Shown here: in pieces, positions 54,661 through 64,000 of the stretch
Position numbering within the stretch: position 1 is the first letter of the stretch
Layout: each line of letters begins with the position of its first letter
Assembly (NCBI GenBank): GCA_945864585.1
Contig: CAMBCF010000001.1
Span: 3,825-67,824 of the forward strand
Direction: 5' to 3'
DNA: 64,000 bases
DNA from: Bordetella parapertussis
GTDB lineage: Bacteria; Pseudomonadota; Gammaproteobacteria; Burkholderiales; SG8-41
Notes under the pieces: model-generated
Databases searched by the model: none
The model's input: only the letters and a program-made list of their open reading frames with translations
What the model was told of the DNA's origin: nothing
Translations under genes and position numbers: made by a program

Positions 54661-55245
54661 ATGATCGTTTTTAATCGACGTCGTGCTCTACTGGCGGCCG
54701 CTGCCGGCTTACTTACCCTGGCCGGTTGCGCCAGCGTGCAGCCGGTGCCGGAAAAGGCCGGGCGCGCAGCACCCTTTGATGTATTGGGCCGGGTGTTGGT
54801 GCATTACGACGGCCGTGCATTTAGCGCCAATGTGCGCTGGCTGCACGGGGCAGATGCCGATGAGTTATTTCTGATGACACCCACCGGACAAGTGCTGGCG
54901 CAACTGCGCGAAGATGCCGAGGGAGCGGTATTTACCAGCGCGGACAAAAAGGAGTATCGCGGCGCGCGCGCGGAGTCGCTGACCAAACAGGCGTTGGGTT
55001 GGGAGTTGCCGCTGGCGCGCATGCAGCACTGGGTGCGCGGCGTGCCCGTGCCCAACTATCCTGCCGTGATTGATGAGCGCGATGCCGCCGGCAAAATCAG
55101 GCAGCTGACGCAAGACGGCTGGCAAATCACCTACGAATATTATGCTGCCGCCGAAAACGACGGTCTGCCGCGGCGCATGGAGGTGGTGGGCGAAAAACAA
55201 ACGATGCGGCTGGTGATTGATACCTGGCGCAAAGAAACACCGTAG
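54661..55245 (+). CDS. lolB: Outer-membrane lipoprotein insertion protein LolB
   Basis: The lipobox LLTLAGC, its size, and its position between the TPR gene and ispE. Confidence 0.85.
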   Translation: MIVFNRRRALLAAAAGLLTLAGCASVQPVPEKAGRAAPFDVLGRVLVHYDGRAFSANVRWLHGADADELFLMTPTGQVLAQLREDAEGAVFTSADKKEYRGARAESLTKQALGWELPLARMQHWVRGVPVPNYPAVIDERDAAGKIRQLTQDGWQITYEYYAAAENDGLPRRMEVVGEKQTMRLVIDTWRKETP

Positions 55246-55289
55246 TGTCGCGAACCGCGCGGCGCAAGGGAGGGAGCTAATTTCGCGCC

Positions 55290-56159
55290 ATGATGGATTT
55301 TTCAGCACCCTACCCCGCGCCCGCCAAACTTAACCTGATGCTGCGCGTAGTGGGCCGTCGTGCCGACGGCTACCACTTGCTGCAAACGGTATTGCGCTTC
55401 ATTGATTATGGCGACACGCTGCGTTTTCGTGTGCGCGGCGACGGCGTGATCACGCGCGTGAATGAGGTGCCCGGCGTACCTGCGGATGCCGACCTTTGCG
55501 TGCGCGCCGCGCGCTTGTTGCGCGAGGTGAGCGGCACTGCGCTGGGCGCGGATATTGCGCTTGAAAAGCGCCTGCCGCTGGGCGCTGGCTTGGGCGGCGG
55601 CAGTTCCGACGCAGCGACCACGCTGCTGGCCTTAAACGGTCTTTGGAAAACGGCTATTCCCAGATCACAACTTATTGAATTAGCAGTAAAAATTGGCGCG
55701 GACGTGGCGGTATTCGTGTTTGGTAAAAACGCCCTGGCCGAAGGCATCGGCGAGCAACTGCGAGCACTGGAATTGCCGCCGGCATGGTATGTGGTTTTAT
55801 GTCCGCCGGTGGTGGTGTCCACGGCTGCCGTTTTCAGTCACCCGGAATTGAAAAGGGACTCCAAAAAGGCTATAATTCTGGGCTTTTCCGGGGCTGCCGG
55901 TCGGTTACTTGCTGTTAACGATTTGCAGCCGCTGGTGGTAAAGCACTATCCCGAAGTCGCACAGCATTTAGCCTGGTTAGCGCAAAAAACCGCGCAACAC
56001 GGCTCCGCCAGGATGACCGGTTCGGGTGCGTGTGTGTTTGCGTCGTTTGAAAGTGAGGATGCCGCGCGTGCAGTGTTTGCGCAACGGCCTCCCGGCATGC
56101 AGGGCTTTGTCGCGCAAGGGTTGCCGAATCATCCGCTGCACGATCTGGGGATGCAGTAG
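55290..56159 (+). CDS. ispE: 4-(cytidine 5'-diphospho)-2-C-methyl-D-erythritol kinase
   Basis: PAPAKLNLMLRVVGRRADGYHLLQTV and the GHMP motif PLGAGLGGGSSDAA. Confidence 0.93.
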   Translation: MMDFSAPYPAPAKLNLMLRVVGRRADGYHLLQTVLRFIDYGDTLRFRVRGDGVITRVNEVPGVPADADLCVRAARLLREVSGTALGADIALEKRLPLGAGLGGGSSDAATTLLALNGLWKTAIPRSQLIELAVKIGADVAVFVFGKNALAEGIGEQLRALELPPAWYVVLCPPVVVSTAAVFSHPELKRDSKKAIILGFSGAAGRLLAVNDLQPLVVKHYPEVAQHLAWLAQKTAQHGSARMTGSGACVFASFESEDAARAVFAQRPPGMQGFVAQGLPNHPLHDLGMQ

Positions 56160-56179
56160 TAAGCCATTGTTTTTATTAT
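56160..56179 (+). promoter_or_regulatory. AT-rich box copy 7 (TAAGCCATTGTTTTTATTAT)
   Basis: Starts the base after the ispE TAG stop and ends 6 nt before tRNA-Gln. Confidence 0.5.
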
Positions 56180-56185
56180 TTTATT

Positions 56186-56260
56186 TGGGGAGTCGCCAAG
56201 TGGTAAGGCACCGGATTTTGATTCCGGCATTCGTAGGTTCGATCCCTACCTCCCCAGCCA
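56186..56260 (+). tRNA. tRNA-Gln (anticodon UUG)
   Basis: TGGGGAG...CTCCCCA acceptor stem with G discriminator and encoded CCA. Anticodon arm CCGGA-TTTTGAT-TCCGG. Near-identical in layout to E. coli tRNA-Gln. Confidence 0.95.
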
Positions 56261-56318
56261 GAATTTCTGCACGCTGCCGGATCTATCAACCGTGAATGAA
56301 TATCGGGGTTCCGCCGCA

Positions 56319-57266
56319 ATGCTTGATCGTCTGATGGTGTTTACCGGGAACTCAATTCCGAAGCTGGCGGCGGAGGTGGCGGAGCATTTGCATGTGACCA
56401 TGGGCCGCGCCAAAGTCGGACGTTTTTCCGACGGCGAGGTGATGGTTGAAATTCTCGAAAACGTGCGCGGACGCGACGTCTTTGTGTTGCAGTCGATTTG
56501 CCAGCCCACCAACGACACCTTGATGGAACTGCTGGTCATGGTCGATGGCTTAAAGCGCGCCTCGGCCGGGCGGGTTACGGCGGCGATTCCCTACATGGGC
56601 TACGCGCGGCAGGACCGGCGGCCCAGTTCGGCGCGGGTGCCGATTACCGCCAAAGTGGTGGCGAATATGCTGACCACGGTGGGCGTGGATCGTGTGCTGA
56701 CGATGGATTTGCATTCGGAACAGATACAGGGATTCTTTGATATACCGGTGGACAATATTTATTCGGGCCCGATTTTGCTCGGCGATGTCTGGAAAAAGAA
56801 TTTCACCGGGCTGGTGGTGGTGTCGCCCGACGTGGGTGGCGTGGTGCGCGCGCGGGCGCTGGCGAAGCGCCTAGAAGCGGATCTGGCAATTATCGACAAG
56901 CGCCGTCCGCGCCCCAATGTGGCGACGGTGATGAATATCATCGGTGAAGTCGAGGGCCGCACCTGCGTCATCGTGGATGATCTGGTCGACACCGCGAACA
57001 CCTTGTGCGAGGCGGCCGCGGCGCTGAAAAAAAGCGGCGCCGCGAGGGTGCTGGCGTATTGCACGCACCCGGTGCTGTCGGGCAAGGCCATAGAACGGAT
57101 CATGAGTTCAGAGCTGGATGAACTGGTGGTCACCGACACCATCCCGCTGCGCGAAGACGCCCAGGCTTGCAGCCGCATACGGGTGCTCAGCATCGCCGGC
57201 TTGTTCGCCGAGACGGTGCGGCGTATTAGTGCGGAGGATTCGGTGAGTTCGTTGTTTGTAGAATAG
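56319..57266 (+). CDS. prs: Ribose-phosphate pyrophosphokinase
   Basis: [46 protein letters not shown]. Confidence 0.95.
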   Translation: MLDRLMVFTGNSIPKLAAEVAEHLHVTMGRAKVGRFSDGEVMVEILENVRGRDVFVLQSICQPTNDTLMELLVMVDGLKRASAGRVTAAIPYMGYARQDRRPSSARVPITAKVVANMLTTVGVDRVLTMDLHSEQIQGFFDIPVDNIYSGPILLGDVWKKNFTGLVVVSPDVGGVVRARALAKRLEADLAIIDKRRPRPNVATVMNIIGEVEGRTCVIVDDLVDTANTLCEAAAALKKSGAARVLAYCTHPVLSGKAIERIMSSELDELVVTDTIPLREDAQACSRIRVLSIAGLFAETVRRISAEDSVSSLFVE

Positions 57267-57272
57267 ATTTTT

Positions 57273-57363
57273 CAGTGTTGAGTTTTAAGTGTTAAGTGTT
57301 GAGTTGGCGGCCACTACTACCGTTTAACTCAACACTCAAAACTCATCACTCAACACTGTTTTT
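57273..57363 (+). terminator. Long heptad-repeat hairpin plus T-run after prs (probable intrinsic terminator)
   Basis: cagtgttgagttttaagtgttaagtgttgagtt (57273-57305) pairs at 28/33 positions with aactcaacactcaaaactcatcactcaacactg (57326-57358), followed by ttttt. Confidence 0.7.
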
Positions 57364-57414
57364 AAAACCCCGGAACGATCTGGTCGCGGACGTTCCGAAT
57401 TTCAGGAGAATGTA

Positions 57415-58143
57415 ATGAAGATTGCTGTAACTGCCTACCCGCGTACGCTACAGGGCACGAGTGCGAGCCGCCGCCTGCGTACCAGCGGGCGCGTCCCCGG
57501 CATTATTTACGGGGCCGATCAACCGGTGCAAAAAGTGGAGCTCGATCAGGCCGCCGTATTGCGCCATCTCAAGCTGGAAGTGTTTCACGCATCGGTACTC
57601 GATTTGACCGTGGACGGTGTAACCACTCCTGCGCTGCTGCGCGATTTCCAGATGCATCCGTTCAAGCCGATAGCGCTGCACGTGGACTTCCAGCGTGTCG
57701 ACAAAAACAAGAAAATTCACATGAAAGTGCCGCTGCATTTCGTCAACACCGACATCTGCGTGGGCGTGAAAGTAGGCGGCGGTGTGGTGCAACACATCAT
57801 CAACGACCTTGAGATATTGTGTCTGCCGGACGATCTGCCCGAATACATCGAAGTCGATGTCACCAACCTGCAGGTTGCGCATTCGATGCATGTCAACGAC
57901 CTCGTGCTCCCCAAAGGCGTGGAGCCGATTCCGCGCTGGAAAAAAGAGAACCCCGGTGTGGTGACTGTGCAGTTGCCGAAAGAAGCGCCGGCCGAGGAAA
58001 CCGAAGTCGTCGCCAAAGCCACCGAGATCACCGGTCAGAAACCGGAAGACGCTGCTGCCGCAGCCGGCGGGAGCACCAAAGACGGCGTCAAGAAAGAAGC
58101 GCCCAAAAAAGAGCCGGCGGCGAAAAAAGAGGCTGGAAAGTAA
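57415..58143 (+). CDS. rplY: 50S ribosomal protein L25 / general stress protein Ctc (long form)
   Basis: GTSASRRLRTSGRVPGIIYG and a Lys/Ala/Glu-rich C-terminal tail. Confidence 0.93.
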   Translation: MKIAVTAYPRTLQGTSASRRLRTSGRVPGIIYGADQPVQKVELDQAAVLRHLKLEVFHASVLDLTVDGVTTPALLRDFQMHPFKPIALHVDFQRVDKNKKIHMKVPLHFVNTDICVGVKVGGGVVQHIINDLEILCLPDDLPEYIEVDVTNLQVAHSMHVNDLVLPKGVEPIPRWKKENPGVVTVQLPKEAPAEETEVVAKATEITGQKPEDAAAAAGGSTKDGVKKEAPKKEPAAKKEAGK

Positions 58144-58196
58144 GCAGCAAGTAGCCGCTGCTCCTGTCCAGATAGTAACCATTGCCGCTTACCGGC

Positions 58197-58233
58197 AAGC
58201 CCGCTTTGTCTTCTGGATAGGGCGGGCTTTTTC
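58197..58233 (+). terminator. Rho-independent terminator after rplY
   Basis: Stem gcccgc (58199-58204) / gcgggc (58222-58227), followed by ttttt. Confidence 0.7.
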
Positions 58234-58262
58234 TTTCACACTTTCTCATCACGCAGCGCTTC

Positions 58263-58841
58263 ATGAAACTCGTCGTCGGCCTCGGCAACCCCGGCAGCAA
58301 ATACGAAAAAACGCGTCACAACGCGGGCTTCTGGTGGCTGGACAGAATCGCCCATCAGGAGCGTGCGCAGTGCCGGCGCGAATCGCGATTTCAGGGTGCA
58401 GTGGCCAAAATTTCCACGAGCGCGGGGGAGCTTTGGCTGCTTAAACCGGAAACCTTCATGAACAACTCCGGGCAGGCGCTGGCGGCACTGGCGGGTTATT
58501 ACAAGATTGCTGCACAGGAAATTCTTGTTGCGCACGATGAACTTGATCTGCCGCCCGGCGGCGCGAAGCTCAAATTCGGCGGCGGCTTGTCGGGGCACAA
58601 TGGCCTGAAAAGCATCGCCGCCAACCTCGGCACGCAGGATTTCTGGCGCCTGCGGCTGGGCATAGGGCATCCGCGTGAAACGGTCGCATCGGAACAAGAA
58701 GTGGTTGACTATGTGCTGCATGCCCCGCGTGTGGAGGAGCAGCAAGCCATTGAAGACGCCATGGCGCGCGCGATGGAAATATGGCCGCTGATAGTTGCGG
58801 ATGAGATGGAAGCCGCAATGTTGAAGTTGCATACGCGATAG
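58263..58841 (+). CDS. pth: Peptidyl-tRNA hydrolase
   Basis: KLVVGLGNPGSKYEKTRHNAGFW. Confidence 0.95.
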   Translation: MKLVVGLGNPGSKYEKTRHNAGFWWLDRIAHQERAQCRRESRFQGAVAKISTSAGELWLLKPETFMNNSGQALAALAGYYKIAAQEILVAHDELDLPPGGAKLKFGGGLSGHNGLKSIAANLGTQDFWRLRLGIGHPRETVASEQEVVDYVLHAPRVEEQQAIEDAMARAMEIWPLIVADEMEAAMLKLHTR

Positions 58842-58857
58842 CTTTTAGGATAAAACC

Positions 58858-59952
58858 ATGTCCCTAAAATGTGGCATCGTCGGTCTGCCCAACGTCGGTA
58901 AATCCACGCTTTTTAACGCGCTGACCAAGGCGGGCATCGCGGCGGAAAACTATCCGTTCTGCACCATCGAGCCTAATGTTGGCATCGTCGAGGTGCCTGA
59001 TCCGCGGCTGGCAAAACTCGCTGCACTCGCCAAGCCGCAGAAGGTGCTGCCGGCGATTGTCGAGTTTGTCGATATCGCCGGGCTGGTGGCAGGGGCGTCC
59101 AAGGGCGAGGGTCTTGGCAATCAGTTTCTGGCGAACATCCGCGAGACCGATGCCATAGCACATGTGGTGCGCTGCTTCGACGATGAAAACGTGGTGCATG
59201 TTTCGGGCAGAATCGATCCGCTGTCCGATATCGAAACCATCAACACCGAACTGGCGCTCGCCGATTTGTCAGCGGTGGAGCGCCACATTACCAAATACGC
59301 CAAGCTGGCGAAGGCGGGGGGCGACAAGGAAGCGCAGCGCATGATGGCGGTGCTGGAAAAATGCCAAACGGTGTTGAACCAGGCCAGGCCGGTACGCTCG
59401 CTCGATCTCTACGAGGAGGAAAAAGCCATCCTCAAGCCGCTGTGCCTGCTCACCGCCAAGGCCGCGATGTTCGTCGCCAACGTCAAGGAAGGCGGTTTTG
59501 AAAACAACCCGCATCTCGATGTCGTGCGGCGTTACGCCGAAAGCGAACACGCGCCGGTGGTGGCGGTGTGCGCCGCGATCGAAGCCGAAATCGCCGACAT
59601 GAGCGACGAAGACAAGAACGTATTTTTGTGCGATCTCGGCATGACCGAGCCGGGTCTCGATCGCGTGATCAACGCAGGCTACGTGCTGCTCGGTTTGCAA
59701 ACCTACTTTACCGCCGGCCCGAAAGAAGTGCGCGCCTGGACCATCCACAAAGGCGACACCGCGCCCAAAGCCGCCGGCGCGATACATACCGATTTTGAAA
59801 AAGGCTTCATCCGCGCCGAAGTCATCGCGTTTAACGACTACATCGCGGGCAAGGGCGAGCACGGCGCAAAGGAGGCCGGCAAGATGCGTCTGGAGGGCAA
59901 GGAATACATCGTGAAAGACGGCGATGTAATGCATTTCAGGTTCAACGTATAA
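58858..59952 (+). CDS. ychF: Redox-regulated ribosome-binding ATPase YchF
   Basis: [18 protein letters not shown], ...DIAGLV..., C-terminal TGS-like domain, 364 aa. Confidence 0.95.
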   Translation: MSLKCGIVGLPNVGKSTLFNALTKAGIAAENYPFCTIEPNVGIVEVPDPRLAKLAALAKPQKVLPAIVEFVDIAGLVAGASKGEGLGNQFLANIRETDAIAHVVRCFDDENVVHVSGRIDPLSDIETINTELALADLSAVERHITKYAKLAKAGGDKEAQRMMAVLEKCQTVLNQARPVRSLDLYEEEKAILKPLCLLTAKAAMFVANVKEGGFENNPHLDVVRRYAESEHAPVVAVCAAIEAEIADMSDEDKNVFLCDLGMTEPGLDRVINAGYVLLGLQTYFTAGPKEVRAWTIHKGDTAPKAAGAIHTDFEKGFIRAEVIAFNDYIAGKGEHGAKEAGKMRLEGKEYIVKDGDVMHFRFNV

Positions 59953-60021
59953 CGCAAAGCGCGCCGCCGGGCGCAAAGTTTGGCTATACTCAGCCGCCAG
60001 GTTCATACAGAGGGACTTAAA

Positions 60022-60801
60022 ATGGGCAATAAATTCAAAAGCTTGTACCGCTATTTTCAACTGCTGGCGGCGCTGACCGCGGTGGTCGCGATCACCGGTT
60101 GTGCATCCAATCCCAGCGGCTTGCTGGATCCACAGGCGCTGGGTGGCGCGATAGCGATTGACGATGTGAGGCGAGTGCGCGCACTGGTGGAGGCGAACAC
60201 GATCACGGTAAACGACGTGGCTCCGGGCATCGGTTATGCGGCGACGCCGTTAATTACCGTGGCTGCGCGCAATGGGTCACTCAATGTGTTGCGTTATCTG
60301 ATCGCTGCCAAGGCGGATTTGAACGCGCGCACGCCCGATCGCGACACGGCGTTGATGCTCGCTGCTTTTTTCAGCGAAGAAGATCGCGAACGCAACAGCG
60401 TTTCAACGCTGCGTTACGATCAAGCCGCGCGCCTGCTGGTGGAAGCCGGCGCGAACCTCGAAAACATTGAAGCCAACGCCTACACGCCGCTCGCCTACGC
60501 CGCCTATGCGGGCCGTGAAAATATCGTGACTTATCTGCTGCAAAAAGGCGCGAAGCCGAATGCAACCGCGCAGGGCAGTGTGAGTTACACCAACACACCG
60601 CTGATGATGGCCGCCCAGCAAGGCCATCGCAACGTCGCGCTGCACCTGTTGCGCGCCGGCGCGGACGCCTCGGTGCGCGTGCAAAACGGCATGACCGCGC
60701 TGGAATTCACGCTAAAAAACAAGCATACCCACCTGGCAAAAGTGCTGCGCTGTGCGGAAGCGCTTAAACCGGGCGAGACTTTCCGGCAGCGCTGCGAATA
60801 G
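60022..60801 (+). CDS. Ankyrin-repeat lipoprotein
   Basis: The lipobox VAITGC and several ANK repeats (TPLMMAAQQGHRNVALHLLRAGAD). Confidence 0.85.
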   Translation: MGNKFKSLYRYFQLLAALTAVVAITGCASNPSGLLDPQALGGAIAIDDVRRVRALVEANTITVNDVAPGIGYAATPLITVAARNGSLNVLRYLIAAKADLNARTPDRDTALMLAAFFSEEDRERNSVSTLRYDQAARLLVEAGANLENIEANAYTPLAYAAYAGRENIVTYLLQKGAKPNATAQGSVSYTNTPLMMAAQQGHRNVALHLLRAGADASVRVQNGMTALEFTLKNKHTHLAKVLRCAEALKPGETFRQRCE

Positions 60802-60838
60802 CCGTCAGCAGTCGCGCCGCAACGCGCGGCGCTGCAAG

Positions 60839-61102
60839 CTATTTTATGCCCGAGAAATTCGTCGGGTCCATGAACACCGATTGCACTTTGGCGACCAGCG
60901 GTCCATTCGCCTCGGATGCGGCGCGCGTGGCGATCCAGTCTGCGCCTTTGCGGAAGGCATCCCAATTTCTGGTTGCGGCATCGCGGCTGGGGTGTGCGAT
61001 CAAATAGACAAGCGTATTCGGTTGCTCGCGCGGCACCCAGTAACCGATGTTGGTGAGGCCGTGCTTCTCGATGAAATTTGATTTCGTGTGTGCCGCCAGC
61101 AT
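60839..61102 (-). CDS. NIPSNAP-family protein, N-terminally short
   Basis: ...FIEKHGLTNIGYWVP...LVYLIAHPSRDAATRNWDAF...DP is NIPSNAP-like. About 20 N-terminal residues expected in the family are missing. The frame closes at 61126, inside the neighbouring gene end. Confidence 0.65.
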   Translation of the reverse strand: MLAAHTKSNFIEKHGLTNIGYWVPREQPNTLVYLIAHPSRDAATRNWDAFRKGADWIATRAASEANGPLVAKVQSVFMDPTNFSGIK

Positions 61103-61103
61103 A

Positions 61104-62507
61104 CTATGCCGCGCGCAGCCGTTGGCTCAGTTCGCGGAGCGAGGCGCTGGTATCGAGTTGGCCGACCGCGCGTGCAATGGCTGCGCTATCGACTTGCAGC
61201 GGCGACAATGCCGCCAGCCGCGCGAATTTAGCGGCAAGCTCGTCGTCGGAACACGGATCGGCGGGCGTGCCATGCGGGTCCAGCGTCAGCGCTTCTTTTA
61301 CCTCGCCGTTGGCAAGGTGCAGTTGCACGCGCGAGCCGAAGCGCTGCGGGTATACCGCTTCGCAGGCCTCATCGACACAGGTTTCTACACGCGCGGCGAG
61401 GCTGAGCAATTCCGGGTTATTGTAGCCGGCAGGCTCGAAAGCGCGCGGGTCGCCGGGGTCGCGCGTAAGCGCCAGTGCGGCGCAGTAGGGGATGCTGTAC
61501 TGCGCATCCATGGTGTCGGCGGGCGTGGCGTTGCTGTTGCTGTTGACGGCAAAGCGGCTGGTGCCCACGATGACTCGCTCGATCTGATTCCCGGCCAGAG
61601 GCTGTGAGCCGCCGATGTCACCACGCATGGCGCCCAGGAGCTGCACCACGCCCTGTATCCAGCCGCAAACCGGATAGACCTTGAACCACACGGCGTTAAT
61701 GGCCCAGCTATCGCCCAACCCTTGTGTCAGTGATGCGGGATGGGCCGCTACTCCGCCGAACACTTCGAGCAGCCCGTAGCGTCCATCCACGGCGCCGCTG
61801 GGCCCGGTGAAACCGTCGCGCGCCAGCAAGGCCGCGCGCACGCCCGATGATGCAGCCCAACCCGCGTGCATGCGCTTCACCATGCCGCCACCACCACTTG
61901 CGACATAACGCTTGATGCCGGACGCCATGGATGCCGCGATGCCTGCCGCGCAAGTGAGTTGCGCGGTGTTTAATCCCAATACGCAACCGGCGGCAATGGC
62001 CGAGGCGACCGGCCCCACCACACTGGTTTTGTGAAAGCCGTGGTGCGAAGCCTGCGTGCCCATGGCCACGCTGATGCGCGCGGTGATTTCGTAACCGATG
62101 ACGATGGCGCGCAGCAGTTGTTCGCCGCTTGCATCAACGCTTTGCGCAGCGGCCAACACCGCGGGAATAATCACCGTGCCGGGATGAATAATCGCTGCAG
62201 GCAACAAGTCGTCGAGCTCAAAGCCGTGTATCGCCGTGCCGTTGCACAATGCCGCCGCGCACGCCGCCAGCGGGGCGGCATGACCGAACACGGTGGATGC
62301 GCCCTGCGATTTTTCCGCGAACATTTGCGCCGACATCAGCGTTGACCAAGGCTGACTGGCGCCGAACAGACCGCAGCCAAGGGCATCGAGCAGGCAGCGT
62401 TTGGCATTGGCGTATGCCGCGTGCGGGATTGCCGCAGGCGTCAGAGTGGCTACGAATTCAATCAACCGAAGCGCGTGATTTTCATCGAAAGCGTTGTTAT
62501 TTTTCAT
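61104..62507 (-). CDS. MmgE/PrpD family protein (second copy in window)
   Basis: 467 aa, with ...GFELDDL...IHPGTVIIPAVLA... motifs. Confidence 0.9.
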   Translation of the reverse strand: MKNNNAFDENHALRLIEFVATLTPAAIPHAAYANAKRCLLDALGCGLFGASQPWSTLMSAQMFAEKSQGASTVFGHAAPLAACAAALCNGTAIHGFELDDLLPAAIIHPGTVIIPAVLAAAQSVDASGEQLLRAIVIGYEITARISVAMGTQASHHGFHKTSVVGPVASAIAAGCVLGLNTAQLTCAAGIAASMASGIKRYVASGGGGMVKRMHAGWAASSGVRAALLARDGFTGPSGAVDGRYGLLEVFGGVAAHPASLTQGLGDSWAINAVWFKVYPVCGWIQGVVQLLGAMRGDIGGSQPLAGNQIERVIVGTSRFAVNSNSNATPADTMDAQYSIPYCAALALTRDPGDPRAFEPAGYNNPELLSLAARVETCVDEACEAVYPQRFGSRVQLHLANGEVKEALTLDPHGTPADPCSDDELAAKFARLAALSPLQVDSAAIARAVGQLDTSASLRELSQRLRAA

Positions 62508-62525
62508 AATAAAAACAATAAGTTA
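62506..62525 (-). promoter_or_regulatory. AT-rich box copy 8 (TAACTTATTGTTTTTATTAT on minus strand)
   Basis: The MmgE/PrpD ATG (62507-62505) overlaps the end of the box. Confidence 0.5.
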
Positions 62526-62544
62526 CGTATACTATTCAACCATA

Positions 62545-62793
62545 TCACGCTATCGCGAACGGGTTGGTGCCCATCAACCGGTCGACGCCGCCGTAAGGTG
62601 CGACACGTGCTGTGGCATTGGTGGTGTGCATCGCGATAAAACCCTGACGCGCGGCGCGCTCCACGTAATACGCCAGGCGCCCCCTGAACCAGGTGTTGTT
62701 GGCGCATACCACCGCGACACCGTTGTTGCGCGCGATCTCCATGGCCTTGTCGATGGCGTGCAGGTAGATGGCGTCGGCGATCGTGAACTGCAT
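62545..62793 (-). pseudogene. Internal fragment of an Ldh_2 (malate/L-lactate/ureidoglycolate dehydrogenase type 2) family gene
   Basis: ...AIDKAMEIARNNGVAVVCANNTWFRGRLAYYVERAARQGFIAMHTTNATARVAPYGGVDRLMGTNPFAIA matches the central Ldh_2 region. Both ends are missing (the family is about 340-360 aa). Confidence 0.65.
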
Positions 62794-62885
62794 GGTGACC
62801 CGGTTCAGAAACAGTCGTCGAAGTTTACCGGGTACCCCCTGTGAGGGCGAGTGCGATTATCCCGAAAGCACCGGCATCCTACGGG

Positions 62886-63476
62886 CTATCGATGCGCTGT
62901 GATCGCCAGCGCACGCTTGTATTGCGCATGCGAGAAGGCGGGTTCAAACGCGCGGATTTCCGCTGGCGACATTCCCACCGCTGCGCTGGCCGCCAGTTTC
63001 TTCCAGCCACGCAGCGCGCTACAGATTTTCGCCAGATGTGCGCGTGCCTGTGCCGCGGTCAGGCGAAACAAACCGGCGGCTGCCATGGCGTCATCGACTG
63101 CACTCAAAGGGCCGGCTTCGGGACTAAGCCAGGTTTTCAGTTCCTGGTCTTTATCGGGCATGGGGTTCAAGTCAAAAGCCGGGGCCAAACGCCATTTGCC
63201 GCCACCGCTGTGCAATACGCCGTGGTTTTGCAAATGGTCGTCGACGTTGGTGATGAGCAGATTAAACACCATGCGCCGCCACAGCTCCGCCAAATCCGCT
63301 ACGGGACGTACGCCCAACACCAGCAGTTGCACGGCGATTTCCGCATTGGAAAATGCCGAGTTCTCGCGTGCGCCCTGTTTGGCGTAGTTGAGTGTGCCGA
63401 GCGGGTGTCTTGATTCACCCAGGGTGACACTTAATGCCCGATCTATTACACGGGTCACGACAGGCTGCTGCCGCAT
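62886..63476 (-). pseudogene. hipA: HipA-family kinase toxin, C-terminal half only
   Basis: ...ELWRRMVFNLLITNVDDHLQNHGVLHSGGGKWRLAPAFDLNP is the catalytic-loop region. The N-terminal ~220 aa (coupling and ATP-binding parts) are absent. Confidence 0.75.
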
Positions 63477-63814
63477 TAGAGCGCACCCGATGCGGATTTT
63501 ACAAATTTCGCAGAACGCTTGCGTATGCGTTTTCGCACCGCCTGATTCATGAGTTGCAACCCCAGATCATCGCCTGCCGTGTCGAGCAGATGCGCAAGCT
63601 TGTCCAACTCGCCCAGCACAAATAGTGCCTTCGCCACAGTGCCCACCGCAACGGTGGCATCACCTTTTTCGAGGCGTTGCACGGTCTTGAGTGAAACGCC
63701 CATGCGGGTTGCCATCGTTTGCATGGAAATTTCGCGACGCCGGCGCGCCAGCGAAATGTCTTCACCCAGAGGGATGAGCGCGTGCGCGAGTTGGGCATTC
63801 AGTGCGTCAGTCAT
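63476..63814 (-). CDS. hipB: XRE-family HTH antitoxin (HipB-like)
   Basis: ISMQTMATRMGVSLKTVQRLEKGDATVAVGTVAKALFVLG is an HTH. It overlaps the hipA remnant by 1 nt, and an AT-rich promoter region lies upstream. Confidence 0.8.
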   Translation of the reverse strand: MTDALNAQLAHALIPLGEDISLARRRREISMQTMATRMGVSLKTVQRLEKGDATVAVGTVAKALFVLGELDKLAHLLDTAGDDLGLQLMNQAVRKRIRKRSAKFVKSASGAL

Positions 63815-63928
63815 GGTGCGGATCGGTGTGTAAAAAAAAAGTCTTTTATTACCCTTTATAATTGTAACAGGCTATATAAAACTTTTAAACATTCCGTTTA
63901 AAGCAATAAAGGAACTGTTGGCGCGTCA

Positions 63929-64000
63929 CTACCGCGCGCGATGCGCCGCGATATGTTCCGCCGCCTGAAATCCGGTCACCGACGATTTGCTCAAGCCGCC
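63929..64000 (-). CDS. 3-prime end of an unidentified gene (runs off window)
   Basis: An open reverse frame ...GGLSKSSVTGFQAAEHIAAHRAR* ends at TAG 63931-63929. It is too short to assign. Confidence 0.3.
   Translation of the reverse strand, partial: GGLSKSSVTGFQAAEHIAAHRAR

Noticed and set aside
59269-60060. 263-aa minus-strand ORF
   Set aside because: It is antisense to ychF.

Overview
GC-rich proteobacterial chromosome segment. The gene content (six Bug/TctC-type solute-binding proteins, and lolB-ispE-tRNA-Gln-prs-rplY-pth-ychF synteny) suggests a betaproteobacterium; this is inference only. There are two parts. (1) About 1-28.7 kb is an accessory metabolic mosaic of orphan Bug/TctC binding proteins. 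They are interleaved with CoA-transferase, MmgE/PrpD, TauD, FAH, GST, CMD, SDR, MBL and TPP-enzyme genes, plus many gene fragments and five toxin-antitoxin loci, most of them decayed. I saw no regulator, integrase or transposase in this part. (2) About 28.7-60.8 kb is core housekeeping: ppx, rpiA, ilvA, slt, cca, ftsYEX, an M16 peptidase pair, rsmD, coaD, ferredoxin, mutM, a GldAFG-like ABC system, a TPR protein, lolB, ispE, tRNA-Gln, prs, rplY, pth and ychF. After 60.8 kb there is a second small accessory patch with MmgE/PrpD, an Ldh_2 fragment and a truncated hipBA. The observations most worth follow-up are these. (a) An uncharacterised two-gene cassette, a minimal nucleotidyltransferase plus a translationally coupled unknown partner, sits among housekeeping genes at 45.1-46.1 kb. 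(b) A conserved ~20-bp AT-rich box (TAA-N3/4-TTGTTTTTAWTA) occurs 9 times, mostly at gene junctions, and its complement fits the IHF core consensus. (c) A family of heptad-phased repeats (NNNTRAG)n sits at gene ends and builds very long hairpins, including an 82-bp near-perfect palindrome between ftsY and ftsE. No CRISPR array, rRNA or obvious mobile-element gene was seen. Many long ORFs in the supplied track are antisense shadows typical of GC-rich DNA and were not called.
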